Positions 31,777 through 42,379 of a stretch of 64,000 bases of DNA are shown in pieces; the stretch's first letter is position 1, and each line of letters begins with the position of its first letter. A program made the position numbers and the translations under genes. Below the pieces are notes generated by a model, which saw only the letters and a program-made list of their open reading frames with translations, did not search any database and was not told the origin of the DNA. This DNA comes from Sedimentisphaerales bacterium (GTDB lineage: Bacteria > Planctomycetota > Phycisphaerae > Sedimentisphaerales > Anaerobacaceae). The stretch is taken from contig OY970194.1 in the NCBI GenBank assembly GCA_963708075.1, positions 320,001-384,000 of the forward strand. Reading direction: 5' to 3'.

Positions 31777-34700
31777 CTTGAGTATTTGCTCCACGCCTCG
31801 AACGGCGATCATCAGCCAGTCGGGCCGGTTGTTCAGCTCATAGCCCAGCTCATAGACAGCTTTCTCCAGGACGAACGTCTCCAGGAGCACAGCGAAATCC
31901 TTCTCGTCACTCGGCACGACCCGGCTGCCGGCCACGGTCTTGAGATACGAGTACAGGAACAGGCCGTGCACGCAGGTGTGCCAAAGGTCCGCCCAATGCC
32001 GCAGGTACTCGATGTCGCCGCCCTGTTGTGTCGCCCGCTGGAACAGGCTCACGTAGGCGGCATAATGAAACGACCGGATCATCCCGGCGATGTCACGCAA
32101 CGCCGGCTTCTTCAGCCGCCGCTCCGTGACGGTCCGATTCGGCTCACCTTCGAAGTCGATGATAACAAAATCTTTGCCGGTGTAAAGGACCTGGCCCAGA
32201 TGGTAATCTCCGTGCGTGCGGATTTTCATCGCCGTGATCTTGCGGTCCATGATCCGATGCACACGATTGAGGATCGTTTTCCGTTCGCCAAGCACTCGCC
32301 TGACGGCCTCCGCGGTAGACGGGTCCAGGGAGCGCAGGTTGGTGTCCAGATCGCTGAACACCTGTAGCACCAGCCCGCGGATCGATTGATACAGGGACTT
32401 CTGGTAAAGCAGGGAAAGTGGCTCAGGAGTGACATCGGGGCTCTGGGAAAGCGAGATCAGGGCCAGGTGGAGTTCCCCTGTTCGCTGACCGAGCAGATCG
32501 ACCATCTGCACGTAAACGGGCCCGATAAAATCACGAACCACCTGGGGTAATTCCTCCGGCGAGAACCGGATGCAGCGAAGGAGGCATCTCCGGCAGCGCT
32601 TGCAGCTTGCTCTTCATCGCCAGGGCGTCGCTGAAGGACCGATCGATGCTGTCGAGCGTGAACGACCAGGCATCGCCCTGGTTGGGGACGAGCTGCAGAA
32701 GCACGGCCATGCCCATCGGCCCGGCGTTGTCTCGCTGCCATTCCAGGGAGCCGGCGTAGGCCGGCAGATTTGTGAAATTCGTTTCTTCCGTCAAGCGGCG
32801 CGACAGCTCGATTTCCGGGCTGACTCCTTCCTCGACACGGCGATACAGTTTCAGGAAAAACGCGCCGTCATAGACGATCGCCGTGTTGGATTGCTCGGCC
32901 TTAAGGACACGCGAGGGAACCGGCAGCGTTCGGTTGCCGAGCAGTGTGAAGAACCGGTTGCCTCGCCGAGCAATCACCTGGCCCCCGTCCATCTTCCGGC
33001 TGCGCCGCCGCGCGATCATCTCCAGCAGGGCGCGATGCAAGTCCTCACTGATGATCGCCTCGTAGAGGATGCCCTCCTGGTCTGGCAATCGCAACGGAGC
33101 GATCACGTATTGCGGCGATTCACTGGTGATCTTCGCCTGCTGTTCGCGTGCGGCAAAACCGATCGGTACGATGTAGCTGTCCTTGGGGCCGTCGGCGTAG
33201 GTGACCTCCAGCAGCAGGAGGTAGATGGAACCGCCCGGGATTGGCACGACCACATGGTCTGCGATCCTCGTGGCGCGAATGATCCTGCCCTTGCCGCCAA
33301 ACCAGCGTGCACGGCGAATGTACTCCTGCAGCGCCTGCAGGAGCTGCGGCTCGGCGCTGCCGCCGAGGATTTCCTGCCATGGGGTGTCAGACTGTATGGC
33401 AAAGGGTCTTTCCGCTTGTGGATGGACGGACTCCGCCGGCGGCTCCAGGGCGAGCCAATAGAACGTGTGCGGCGCCAGCGTCACGACGTAGGGGGCGTCC
33501 GCGACCCTGGGGAACTCATTGTCGCTGAAGATCGCCTTCACACGAAAGCCGGCGTGATCGGGCAGTTGAATGGACACAGCCTGAGAGTAGCGAGACAGGT
33601 TCGCCACGACCAGAATGTTCTCCTGGCCGTACGTCCGCAGAAACGTCAGGACCTTCTTGTTGTCCGACCGGAGGAACTGTATGCCGCCGCGTCCGAACGC
33701 CTTGTACCGTTTCCGCAGGGCGATGGTCCCCCGCATGAACCACAACAGGGAGGAAAGGTTTCGGCTCTGGTTCTCCACATTCGTCGTAATATAATTATAT
33801 TCGGGGTCTATAATGACCGGTAGAAAGAGTCTCTGGGGATTGGCCGTGGAGAAGCCCGCGTTCAGGCTCGCATTCCACTGCATGGGCGTGCGCACCCCGT
33901 CACGGTCGCCGAGGTGATAGTTGTCACCCATGCCGATCTCATCGCCGTAGTAGAGGATCGGCGTGCCGGGCAGCGACAGCAGCAGGCTGTTCATCAGTTC
34001 GATGAGCCGGCGGTTGTTGTCCAGCAGGGGGGCCAGACGCCGGCGAATCCCGACGTTGATGCGAGCCAGCGGGTCCTGCGCGTAGACCCGGTACATGTAA
34101 TCCCGCTCCTCGTCCGTGACCATCTCGAGCGTCAGCTCGTCATGATTGCGCAGGAACATGCCCCACTGACAGTTGGCGGGGATGTCCAGGCTCTGTTCGA
34201 GGATGTCCATGATGGGGAACCGGTCCTCCATGCGGATGGCCATGAACAGGCGCGGCATGATGGGGAAATGAAACGCCATGTGGCATTCATCGCCGTTGCC
34301 GAAGTAGGCGGCCGCGTCCTCCGGCCACTGGTTGGCCTCCGCCAGGAGCATGCGGTCCTTGAATTTCCTGTCCACGTGGGCGGCAGCTCCTTGAGAAAGG
34401 CGTGGGTTTCCGGCAGATTCTCGCAGTTGGTGCCTTCCCGCTCGAACAGGTAGGGCACCGCATCCAGCCGCATGCCATCCACTCCAAAAGTGAACCAGTA
34501 ATCCAGGACGCGCAGGATCTCCCGGCGGACCCGCGGGTTGTCATAGTTCAGATCGGGCTGATGGCTGTAGAACCGGTGCCAGTAATATGCCTGTGCAACA
34601 CTGTCCCAGGCCCAGTTGGAGTCCTCGAAGTCCGTGAAGATGATGCGGGCATCCTTGTACTTGTCCGGCGTGTCGCTCCAGACGTAGTAGTTGCGCAGCG

Positions 34701-35088
34701 CCGAGCCGGGATTCGCCCGCCGCGATTGCTGAAACCATTTGTGCTGATCCGACGTGTGATTGATGACCAGCTCCGTGATCACGCGGATATCCCGCCGGTG
34801 CGCCTCCCGCAGGAACTTTCGGAAATCCGCCAAGGTGCCGTACTGGGGGTGGATGTTGAAATAGTCGGCGATGTCATAGCCGTCGTCAAGCAGCGGCGAT
34901 GGGTAGAACGGCAGCAGCCACAGGGCGGTCACCCCCAGATCGCGGATGTAGTCCAGCTTCCGGATCAAGCCCTCGAAGTCGCCGATGCCGTCGCCGGTGC
35001 TGTCGTAAAACGATTTCACGTGCAGCTCGTAGATGATCGCGTCTTTGTACCAGAGCGGTTGATCGGCCTGTGCCTGCGGATCCGTCAC
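31774..35088 (-). CDS. treS: Trehalose synthase-maltokinase fusion (TreS-Mak/Pep2); two apparent frameshifts (~34383, ~32564)
   Basis: [60 protein letters not shown] spread across three adjoining ORFs. Confidence 0.92.
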
Positions 35089-35104
35089 GTAGGATTGCTC
35101 GCTT

Positions 35105-37121
35105 TCACATAAAATAATCGAAGTCGGTTTCCCGCCGCAGCCCCTTGTGGATGCGCAGGATATGCCCCGGCATAATACGTGGTTCCAGCTCGACGTAGTT
35201 CGCTTCTCCCTGCCAGATATATTTGTCGTCGGTGATCAGCTCATGCGCCAGGAAGGGCCTGCGTGGATCGATCTCCATTTTGTGCAGGGGCAGTCTGACC
35301 CAGCCGGACTGCCTGTGATGTGGGTCAATGCTCACGACAGCTATGATGATATTCGACTTGTCCTCCGTCATCTTGCCATAGCAGAGCATCGCCTCGTTGT
35401 CGATCGGGCACAACTCGATGTTCCGGATGCTCTGCAGCGCCGGGTTCTGCCGGCGAATCCGATTCACCCGCTCGATGACGGGACGGATGTTGCCCTCCGT
35501 GTCCCAGTCCCACGGCTTGATCTCGTATTTTTCCGAGTTGAGATACTCTTCTCTTCCCTCGATGGCCTGATCGACACACAGCTCATAGGCGGGCCCGTAG
35601 ATGCCGTAGCTGGCCGACAGGGTCGCCGCCAGGAGCAGGCGGATGATGAAGGCGGACCGGCCGCCGAACTGGAGATACTGCGGCAGAATGTCCGGCGTGT
35701 TCGGCCAGAAGTTCGGCCGCAGGTACTCGCCGATTTCTGTCTGTGTCAGCTCCTGAATGTACTGTTCCAGCTCCCACTTGGTGTTGCGCCAGGTGAAGTA
35801 GGTGTATGACTGATTGAAGCCGATCTTGGCCAGCCGCTGCATCACCTTGGGCCGTGTAAAGGCCTCGGACAGGAAGATTACGTCCGGATAATCCCGCCGG
35901 ACCTCGCCGAGCAGCCATTGCCAGAAGGCAAATGGTTTTGTGTGCGGATTATCCACGCGGAAGATGCGAATGCCTTTATCGATCCAGAAGAGCACCACGC
36001 TCTTGAGCTCCTCCCAGAGCGGCTGCCACTGGTCGGTTCTCGAAATTCAGCGGCAGAATATCCTCGTATTTCTTGGGTGGATTCTCGGCGAATTGCACGG
36101 TCCCGTCGGGTCGCCATCGGAACCATTCCGGATGCTCCTTCACGTATGGATGATCCGGCGAGCACTGGAATGCCAGATCCATGGCGACTTCGAGGCCGTA
36201 CTCGCCCGCTTTGCCGATGAACCGCTGGAAATCATCGAAGGAGCCCAAGTCCGGGTGGATGGCCTTGTGTCCACCCAGGGAGGAGCCGATGGCCCACGGG
36301 CTGCCCGGATCCTCCGGCGTGGAGAGGGTGGAGTTGTTCTTGCCCTTGCGGTTTGTCTGCCCGATCGGGTGGACTGGAGGCAAGTACAAGACGTCGAAAC
36401 CCATCCCGGAAATCTCCGGCAGCAACCGCTCGCAGTCGCGGAACGTGCCGTACTTGCCGGCTTCACTGAAGGAGCGGGGGAACAGCTCGTACCATGTGCT
36501 GAAGACCGCCCTCGGTCGGTCGACGACGACGACAAGCTCCTTATCGTACGTCACAGCCAGCGATTTATCCGTGTATTTGCGCATCAGTTCCGTCAATGCC
36601 TCGCTCAGCGCAACGTCCGACGCCCGCACGAGGCTGCCGGGCGATTGCAGAACCTGGGCCCACTCCCTCAGCTTGGGGGCATCGTCGGACTCGGCCGTTT
36701 CAGCCGCTGCGAGAACCATCTCCGCGCCCGTCTGCGACTCCACGGCGATGTTCTGTCCGGCTTCGAGTCTCTTACGCAGATCGCTCTGCCACGTGGCGAA
36801 GTGGTCCACCCACGCGATGGCCGTGTACAGATACTCGCCCAGCTCCCGGACCTTGAACGAGGCGGACCATTCATCGTTGATCTCGTAGATCATTTCCTGA
36901 ATAGTCCATTCACTCTGTTCTCGCTTCCTGTAAAGAATCTGCGCCCGAATGTGATCGCGCCCGTCGCCGAAGGCATGAGCCACAACAGTCACCGATTCAC
37001 CTGCCGCCCGTTTGATGGGGAAGCGGCCGCAATCGACCTGCGGTCCCACGTAATCTACGACTGCACGTTTCTTCCCATGAACCGTCAGCAGGTTCTGATT
37101 TTCGGGGTGTTCTGCATTCAT
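35105..37121 (-). CDS. glgE: Alpha-1,4-glucan:maltose-1-phosphate maltosyltransferase; apparent +1 frameshift ~36037
   Basis: [57 protein letters not shown]. Confidence 0.93.
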
Positions 37122-37321
37122 ATCCGGCCGTAATTGGTACAACCTCCAAATTGCAAGATTTCGCTTAGAAACCGGATAGGCGATTTCCTCGACGCTCTGA
37201 GCAAATGGAGCGTCCCATAACTGCTGTCCGACAGTCAAGTGAGCGTGGTCGCAAGCCGATAACAGAGGAGAGCATCCATGGATCTGGGAGCATGCTCACA
37301 GGTATCGCAGGGCTTTGAAGT

Positions 37322-37771
37322 ATGCGAAAGGCGTTCTCACTTGTGGAGTTGATGATCGTCGTGGCCGTCATCGGGATCTTGGCCGCCCTGTGCATGCCCT
37401 ATCTTCACAACCATGCCGCAGAGGCTAAAGAGGCTGCTGCGAAGGATAACCTGCGAGTCCTCCGTGATGCGATTGAGTTCTTCGCCGTGCGCCACAGCGA
37501 TACCGCTCCGGGATATCCGGGGCACGATCGCACCGCCGTCCCAACAGAAGACAGTTTTCGACTCCAATTGACCATTGAAGCAGGTTGCCTGCGAAAAATA
37601 CCTGCCAACCCCTTCAACAATCTCGATACGATACACATGATCAAGAATGGGGAGGCGTTCCCATCTGAGGGCACGGGCAACTACGGCTGGATCTACCAGC
37701 CGGCCACACGCAACATCCGCCTCGACCGGCCGGGCAACGACAGCGGTGGAGCCCCATACCTGAGCTACTGA
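37322..37771 (+). CDS. Pilin/pseudopilin-like protein (GspG-like)
   Basis: KAFSLVELMIVVAVIGILAA; IPANPF. Confidence 0.8.
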   Translation: MRKAFSLVELMIVVAVIGILAALCMPYLHNHAAEAKEAAAKDNLRVLRDAIEFFAVRHSDTAPGYPGHDRTAVPTEDSFRLQLTIEAGCLRKIPANPFNNLDTIHMIKNGEAFPSEGTGNYGWIYQPATRNIRLDRPGNDSGGAPYLSY

Positions 37772-37862
37772 TCCCCCTCCACGGAGCCTTCCGGAATCGG
37801 CTTGCCTGCGTCCAGGGTCCCTGTTATCCTCTTGCCTTGCTATTGATTGAGGATCAGGGAAT

Positions 37863-40229
37863 ATGAGCAGGTTCAGGGGGCTTTTGCGGATGGTCGTGCC
37901 GAGTGCGACTGTCTTTTTTTCCAGCGGATGCACGGTGATCCTTGTGCTGACCGGCTTCCGACTGGTCGCCCGGCATCTGGGATCGTCGCTTTACACGTGG
38001 ACTGCGACCCTCGCTGTCGTGCTCGCCGGCGTTGCCGTCGGCAACTACCTGGGTGGACGCATTGCAGACTGCTATCATTCCCGACGGGCCCTTTCTGTTC
38101 TGTTCGGACTCTCCTCGGCGGCCTGTATAACTGTCCTCATTGTGGATAATGTCGCGGGCCAGTGGATGGGCCTCTGGCATCTGAGTTGGCCGGTGCACGT
38201 GTTCATCCACGCCTCGCTCGTATTTCTGCTGCCTTCGTGCTTGCTGGGGGCAATCCTTCCTGTTGTTGCCAAGACGGCGATCGAGAAGGTAATGGCGAAC
38301 GGATCTCGCGACGAAGCAGCACCGTCGCCCGATTCGGCTGCGGCCGGCTCCGCGGCGACGGGTATGGCCGGACGGACGATCGGCGGCCTCTATGCGTGGA
38401 GTGCGGCAGGGGGCATCGTGGCGATCCTCCTGGGAGGATTCTTCCCGCCGACGGGTAATGCGATCATCCTGTGGCTCACTGGGGCGGCCCTGTTGGCAAT
38501 GGCGATCCTCTACTGGATCAGTTGCTGGGCGTTGTACCTGTGGGCGATGATCTTTGCGGCACTGGCAACCATGGGGATGGCGCCCGCCAAGTGGGCACAG
38601 GAGGCAGGCACGGCAGCCCTGTTGAGGGAGCAGCGAGATCCGGACATCCTGTACATTGACCAGACGCCGTACGGCTATGTGGCCGTGACGCAAACCTCCA
38701 AACGGCCCGACAGACGGGAATTCATCGAGGGCAGGCTCATACGCAGTGAAGCGGTCATCGGGGATGTGACAGACCTGCAGTGCTTCTATACGAAGATCTT
38801 TGCCGGGCTCACACGGGGGCTGATCGCCGACAAAAGCAAGCCTTCGATGATGGTCATCGGCGGGGGGGGGTATGTGTTCCCGCGGTACCTCAAGACCGTC
38901 TGGCCCGGCAGTGTCGTGGAGGTCGTTGAGCCCGATCCGGGCATAACCGCAGCGGCCGAGGCACTTGGCCTGGACCACAATAGCCCGATCAAGACGATCC
39001 ATACAGATGCACGGGACTACGTAGATGGGCTCCTGAGGCAGGAACAATCGGGCGGGGGGGCAAGACGGTACGACTTCATCTACGAGGACGCCTTCAACGA
39101 CTACGCCGTGCCGTTTCCGCTGGTGACGAAGGAATTCAATGACAAAATCTCGCGGCTGCTCACCGCCGACGGCGTCTACATGGTCAATTTGATGGATACG
39201 TACGAGAGCGGCCGGCTCCTCGGCGCCGTTGTCAGCACGCTCGGCCAGACCTTTTCCAATGTCTATGTTGTCGCGGGCCAAAGGGGGCTGCCTTCCTTGC
39301 GAAACAGCTTCGTGGTGGTCGCTGCCGGGCGCAGGCTTGGTGTCGAAGCCATCCTCCGCAAGCATGACGAGCACCTGAGATTTCAGCTCCTGGATGACTC
39401 GCAAATGGCGCCTTTCAGAGAGGCGAGCGGTGGCATGGTCCTGATGGACGACTACGCACCAGTGGAGAGCCTGCTCGCGCCGGTCATGCGGCAGGGTGCG
39501 AAGGCCATCCTGGCGCAGGAGTGCTTTGACAGGGCTTGCACGCTGCAGGGTGAAGGCCGAAGCGACCTGCGCCATGCCTGGGAGCTTCCTCGTGGTGGCT
39601 CGCCGGATCCGAGTGCTGCCATGCGCAATCACGGCCTTGAGGAATACGAACAGAGCGTCGAGCAGTACAGGAAGGCCGTCGAGCTTGACCCCTCCTTGTC
39701 CATTGAGGCATATAACGGGATCGGCCTGACGCGGATCGAGCAGGGCAAGCTGGAGGAGGCCGCGAGGGCCTTCCGCAGCGCCATCGACTACCACCAGGCG
39801 GCAGACTTGCAGGATGTCGCCATTGCCCCTGTGTACAAGAATCTCGGCATGCTGCTACGGCGAACGGGCAAGACCGCGGAAGCAGATGCGCAGTTGGCGC
39901 AAGCGGCCAAATGGTTCCGGATCGGGGTGGAGGAGAATCCTCGCTCCGTCGTCGCCTGGGAACAGCTTGGCGGCGTGCTGGCGATGCGGGAGGACATGAA
40001 GGGGGCATCACAGGCGTTCGAGAAGGCAATTGCACTTGAGCCCGGCAATCTCTCCCATTACGAGAAACTGGCCAAGACTCTGGAACATCAGAAGCGATAC
40101 GGCGAGGCAATCGAGGTCGTCCGAAGGCAGATCAAGCTGCTGGAAGATCGCCGTGAGCGTGACTTGACTGCACAGGCCCGCCAGCACCTGGAGTTGCTCG
40201 AATACCAGCGAGCCAAGCAGCCCCACTGA
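37863..40229 (+). CDS. Fused membrane domain / spermidine synthase-like SAM-binding domain / TPR protein
   Basis: N-terminal TM helices (LGSSLYTW), VIGGGG, VEPDP, DARDY, YDFIYEDAF, LMDDYAPV, then TPR repeats. Confidence 0.8.
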   Translation: MSRFRGLLRMVVPSATVFFSSGCTVILVLTGFRLVARHLGSSLYTWTATLAVVLAGVAVGNYLGGRIADCYHSRRALSVLFGLSSAACITVLIVDNVAGQWMGLWHLSWPVHVFIHASLVFLLPSCLLGAILPVVAKTAIEKVMANGSRDEAAPSPDSAAAGSAATGMAGRTIGGLYAWSAAGGIVAILLGGFFPPTGNAIILWLTGAALLAMAILYWISCWALYLWAMIFAALATMGMAPAKWAQEAGTAALLREQRDPDILYIDQTPYGYVAVTQTSKRPDRREFIEGRLIRSEAVIGDVTDLQCFYTKIFAGLTRGLIADKSKPSMMVIGGGGYVFPRYLKTVWPGSVVEVVEPDPGITAAAEALGLDHNSPIKTIHTDARDYVDGLLRQEQSGGGARRYDFIYEDAFNDYAVPFPLVTKEFNDKISRLLTADGVYMVNLMDTYESGRLLGAVVSTLGQTFSNVYVVAGQRGLPSLRNSFVVVAAGRRLGVEAILRKHDEHLRFQLLDDSQMAPFREASGGMVLMDDYAPVESLLAPVMRQGAKAILAQECFDRACTLQGEGRSDLRHAWELPRGGSPDPSAAMRNHGLEEYEQSVEQYRKAVELDPSLSIEAYNGIGLTRIEQGKLEEAARAFRSAIDYHQAADLQDVAIAPVYKNLGMLLRRTGKTAEADAQLAQAAKWFRIGVEENPRSVVAWEQLGGVLAMREDMKGASQAFEKAIALEPGNLSHYEKLAKTLEHQKRYGEAIEVVRRQIKLLEDRRERDLTAQARQHLELLEYQRAKQPH

Positions 40230-40236
40230 TCACGCA

Positions 40237-40812
40237 TTACTGGTCGGCGACCTTTCGAAATGTGAGCGGCTTTGTCTCTCCGTAGGTGGGATCGGTCGAC
40301 AAGTCGAAGGGCGGCTTATCCGGGGCACGACCCGTGTAGTGGGTGAACGTGGTCCACTGCGTTTGCCATATGCTCTGGGCGGGGCTGATGGGGCCGGCGA
40401 AGACGTCCGTGCTCGATCCTTCGATGATGTTGCCGGCCATCTCCACATGCACGCGATCCATCACAATTCTAATGGTGAGCTGGCCCGAGCCCGGCGCGTA
40501 ATGGACCGCCCATTTCCCCGGCGTGAAGACTCCCTCGCCTCCGCTCGTTGTCGGCATCGTGGTCGGCCGGCCGGGAATGACTCGGACCCGGCCGAGACTG
40601 ATTACGGCTGACACGATTCGGCCGTCCGGCGCGAAGACAAATTCCCAGCCGTCCGTGTCCGCTTTCCATCGCCCTGCGATATCACTGGGAAAGGCCTTAC
40701 TTCCCTCCACAACGACGTCTACAGGTCCAGCTTGAGTATCCAGCGGGCTGTGGCAGCCGCCGGCCAGCAGCGCCGACACGCCACAGATCAGGAACATCCA
40801 TTTCAAAGTCAC
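40237..40812 (-). CDS. Hypothetical lipoprotein
   Basis: Lipobox-like LLAGGC after a hydrophobic stretch; GTG start chosen from the upstream AAGGA. Confidence 0.65.
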   Translation of the reverse strand: MTLKWMFLICGVSALLAGGCHSPLDTQAGPVDVVVEGSKAFPSDIAGRWKADTDGWEFVFAPDGRIVSAVISLGRVRVIPGRPTTMPTTSGGEGVFTPGKWAVHYAPGSGQLTIRIVMDRVHVEMAGNIIEGSSTDVFAGPISPAQSIWQTQWTTFTHYTGRAPDKPPFDLSTDPTYGETKPLTFRKVADQ

Positions 40813-40833
40813 GGTCCCATTCCTTGACAAGGC

Positions 40834-40867
40834 AAAAAAGAAAGGCAAGTCCGAAGACTTGCCTTTC
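40834..40867 (-). terminator. Intrinsic terminator
   Basis: Minus strand GAAAGGCAAGTC-TTCG-GACTTGCCTTTC-TTTTTT. Confidence 0.85.
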
Positions 40868-40909
40868 GTCGTCTCTTCTTGAGGCACTGATCCGGCGAAG
40901 CTCACCGTG

Positions 40910-41872
40910 TTACTGCACTCTCGCGGCGCAATCCGCAGGCACGCCCGGGCCCGCCGGCGCTTCTTTCACCAGCCAGCTTCCGATCAGGATATTCAGGTCG
41001 TTCGTGCCGACGCGGTACCAGCCGGCCTCATCGCTGCCTTCTTTATTGTGCCCGAAATCGGCGCAGATGCCGTTCTCGATGGACGCGATTCCCGGGCCGA
41101 ACGGCGGCTCCTTCACCTGCCAGGCATTGATCAACACATTCAGATCGTCCGTGCCCACGTAGTAGGTACCCGTATTGCCGGCCACCGCCAGACCATCGGC
41201 GTCACCATGGCACTGTCTCGGGTATGTCCAGCAGGCAGGCTTGCCGACAGCGACCCATTCGGCGTAATCCGATGCGCTTGCCGCAGCCACACTGCCGCCG
41301 CCGGAAACCACAGCGGTTGCCTGGCTCAGAACGACGGTCGCGGGCTTGTCCGGGTCAGTCAGCACGACGCCGCCGCGTACCGGGTTCAGCGCGATCGTCA
41401 CGGTGGCCGGTTCGCTGACCGCCAGCTTGAACAATGTCCCGCTGTTCGGCGGGGCGTTCGGGGAATTGTCCGCGGTCGGATAGTACAGGGCGCCCATCTC
41501 GATCGTGATGCCATTGGTGCCCAGTCCGCCGAGCGCGCCGCTGTCGCACGGATCGGCGACGGGCGTGTAGTCGTTGACGTCCCACTTGGCCACCTCACCC
41601 GTGTCCGCGTTGACCGTGATGTAGCGGGCGAAGTTGGCGGGGAAGATGCCGTAGCCGGGGTCGGCCGCAGTGCTCTCCCCGCGAATGAAGTCGGAGATGC
41701 CCACGATGATGCCCTTGTCCACGGTGATGTCCAGGGCAAACGCCCGGACCTTCTCGTCCGTCTCGTACTTGACCGCGACGGTCTTGCCGTCAGGCTCGGC
41801 GATGATTCGCACGGCCGCCAGAGCCGGCGAAGCAGCCACGAGCACTGCCAGCAATGCACACAGTTTTTTCAT
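40910..41872 (-). CDS. Secreted hypothetical protein with cohesin-like N-terminal and dockerin-like C-terminal regions
   Basis: MKKLCALLAVLVAASPALA signal; duplicated VGTDDLNVLINAW / VGTNDLNILIGSW units. Confidence 0.65.
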   Translation of the reverse strand: MKKLCALLAVLVAASPALAAVRIIAEPDGKTVAVKYETDEKVRAFALDITVDKGIIVGISDFIRGESTAADPGYGIFPANFARYITVNADTGEVAKWDVNDYTPVADPCDSGALGGLGTNGITIEMGALYYPTADNSPNAPPNSGTLFKLAVSEPATVTIALNPVRGGVVLTDPDKPATVVLSQATAVVSGGGSVAAASASDYAEWVAVGKPACWTYPRQCHGDADGLAVAGNTGTYYVGTDDLNVLINAWQVKEPPFGPGIASIENGICADFGHNKEGSDEAGWYRVGTNDLNILIGSWLVKEAPAGPGVPADCAARVQ

Positions 41873-42180
41873 ACGACAACCTCCTTTTCTCTCTTCTTCG
41901 CGAGGCAATGCGCCCCGCCCTATCTTGGTGTACCTTCGACATCTGCCAGATGCCGCCCGCACATTCTCACGAGAGACAGGTGCAGGTCACATCTACCGTA
42001 CCAGAAACGCCCAGAGAAATCAAGGGCAAAAGCAATAAAACGAAACTCATCCGGTTCTCGTGTCCCTGCGGGTCGGGACGGCCCAATCACCGGGGACGTT
42101 GTTCGCAGGAAGTATGTGACGTAAATCATGAGCAGAAAAGAACTTGCAGCTATTGCCCTGACGATTCGCAAACCAACTGC

Positions 42181-42258
42181 ATGGGCTGAAGGCCATCCTA
42201 CACCCTGAACTGTCTGTCTCACCCGAGGTTCAGCTCACAGAATGGGCTTTAGCCCATG
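42181..42258. repeat. GTAG-type REP pair
   Basis: ATGGGCTGAAGGCCATCCTAC and its near-inverse CAGAATGGGCTTTAGCCCAT. Confidence 0.6.
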
Positions 42259-42379
42259 CTGCTTCTGCCTCGGTGATTCCTGAACCATCAGTGGCTTAAT
42301 TCCTCTCACAGCAAGCAGTTGCAGCAAATTCCGATGTTCGGGCGTGTACGGATGGGAGGGCGTGTGGTAAGGTATCGGC

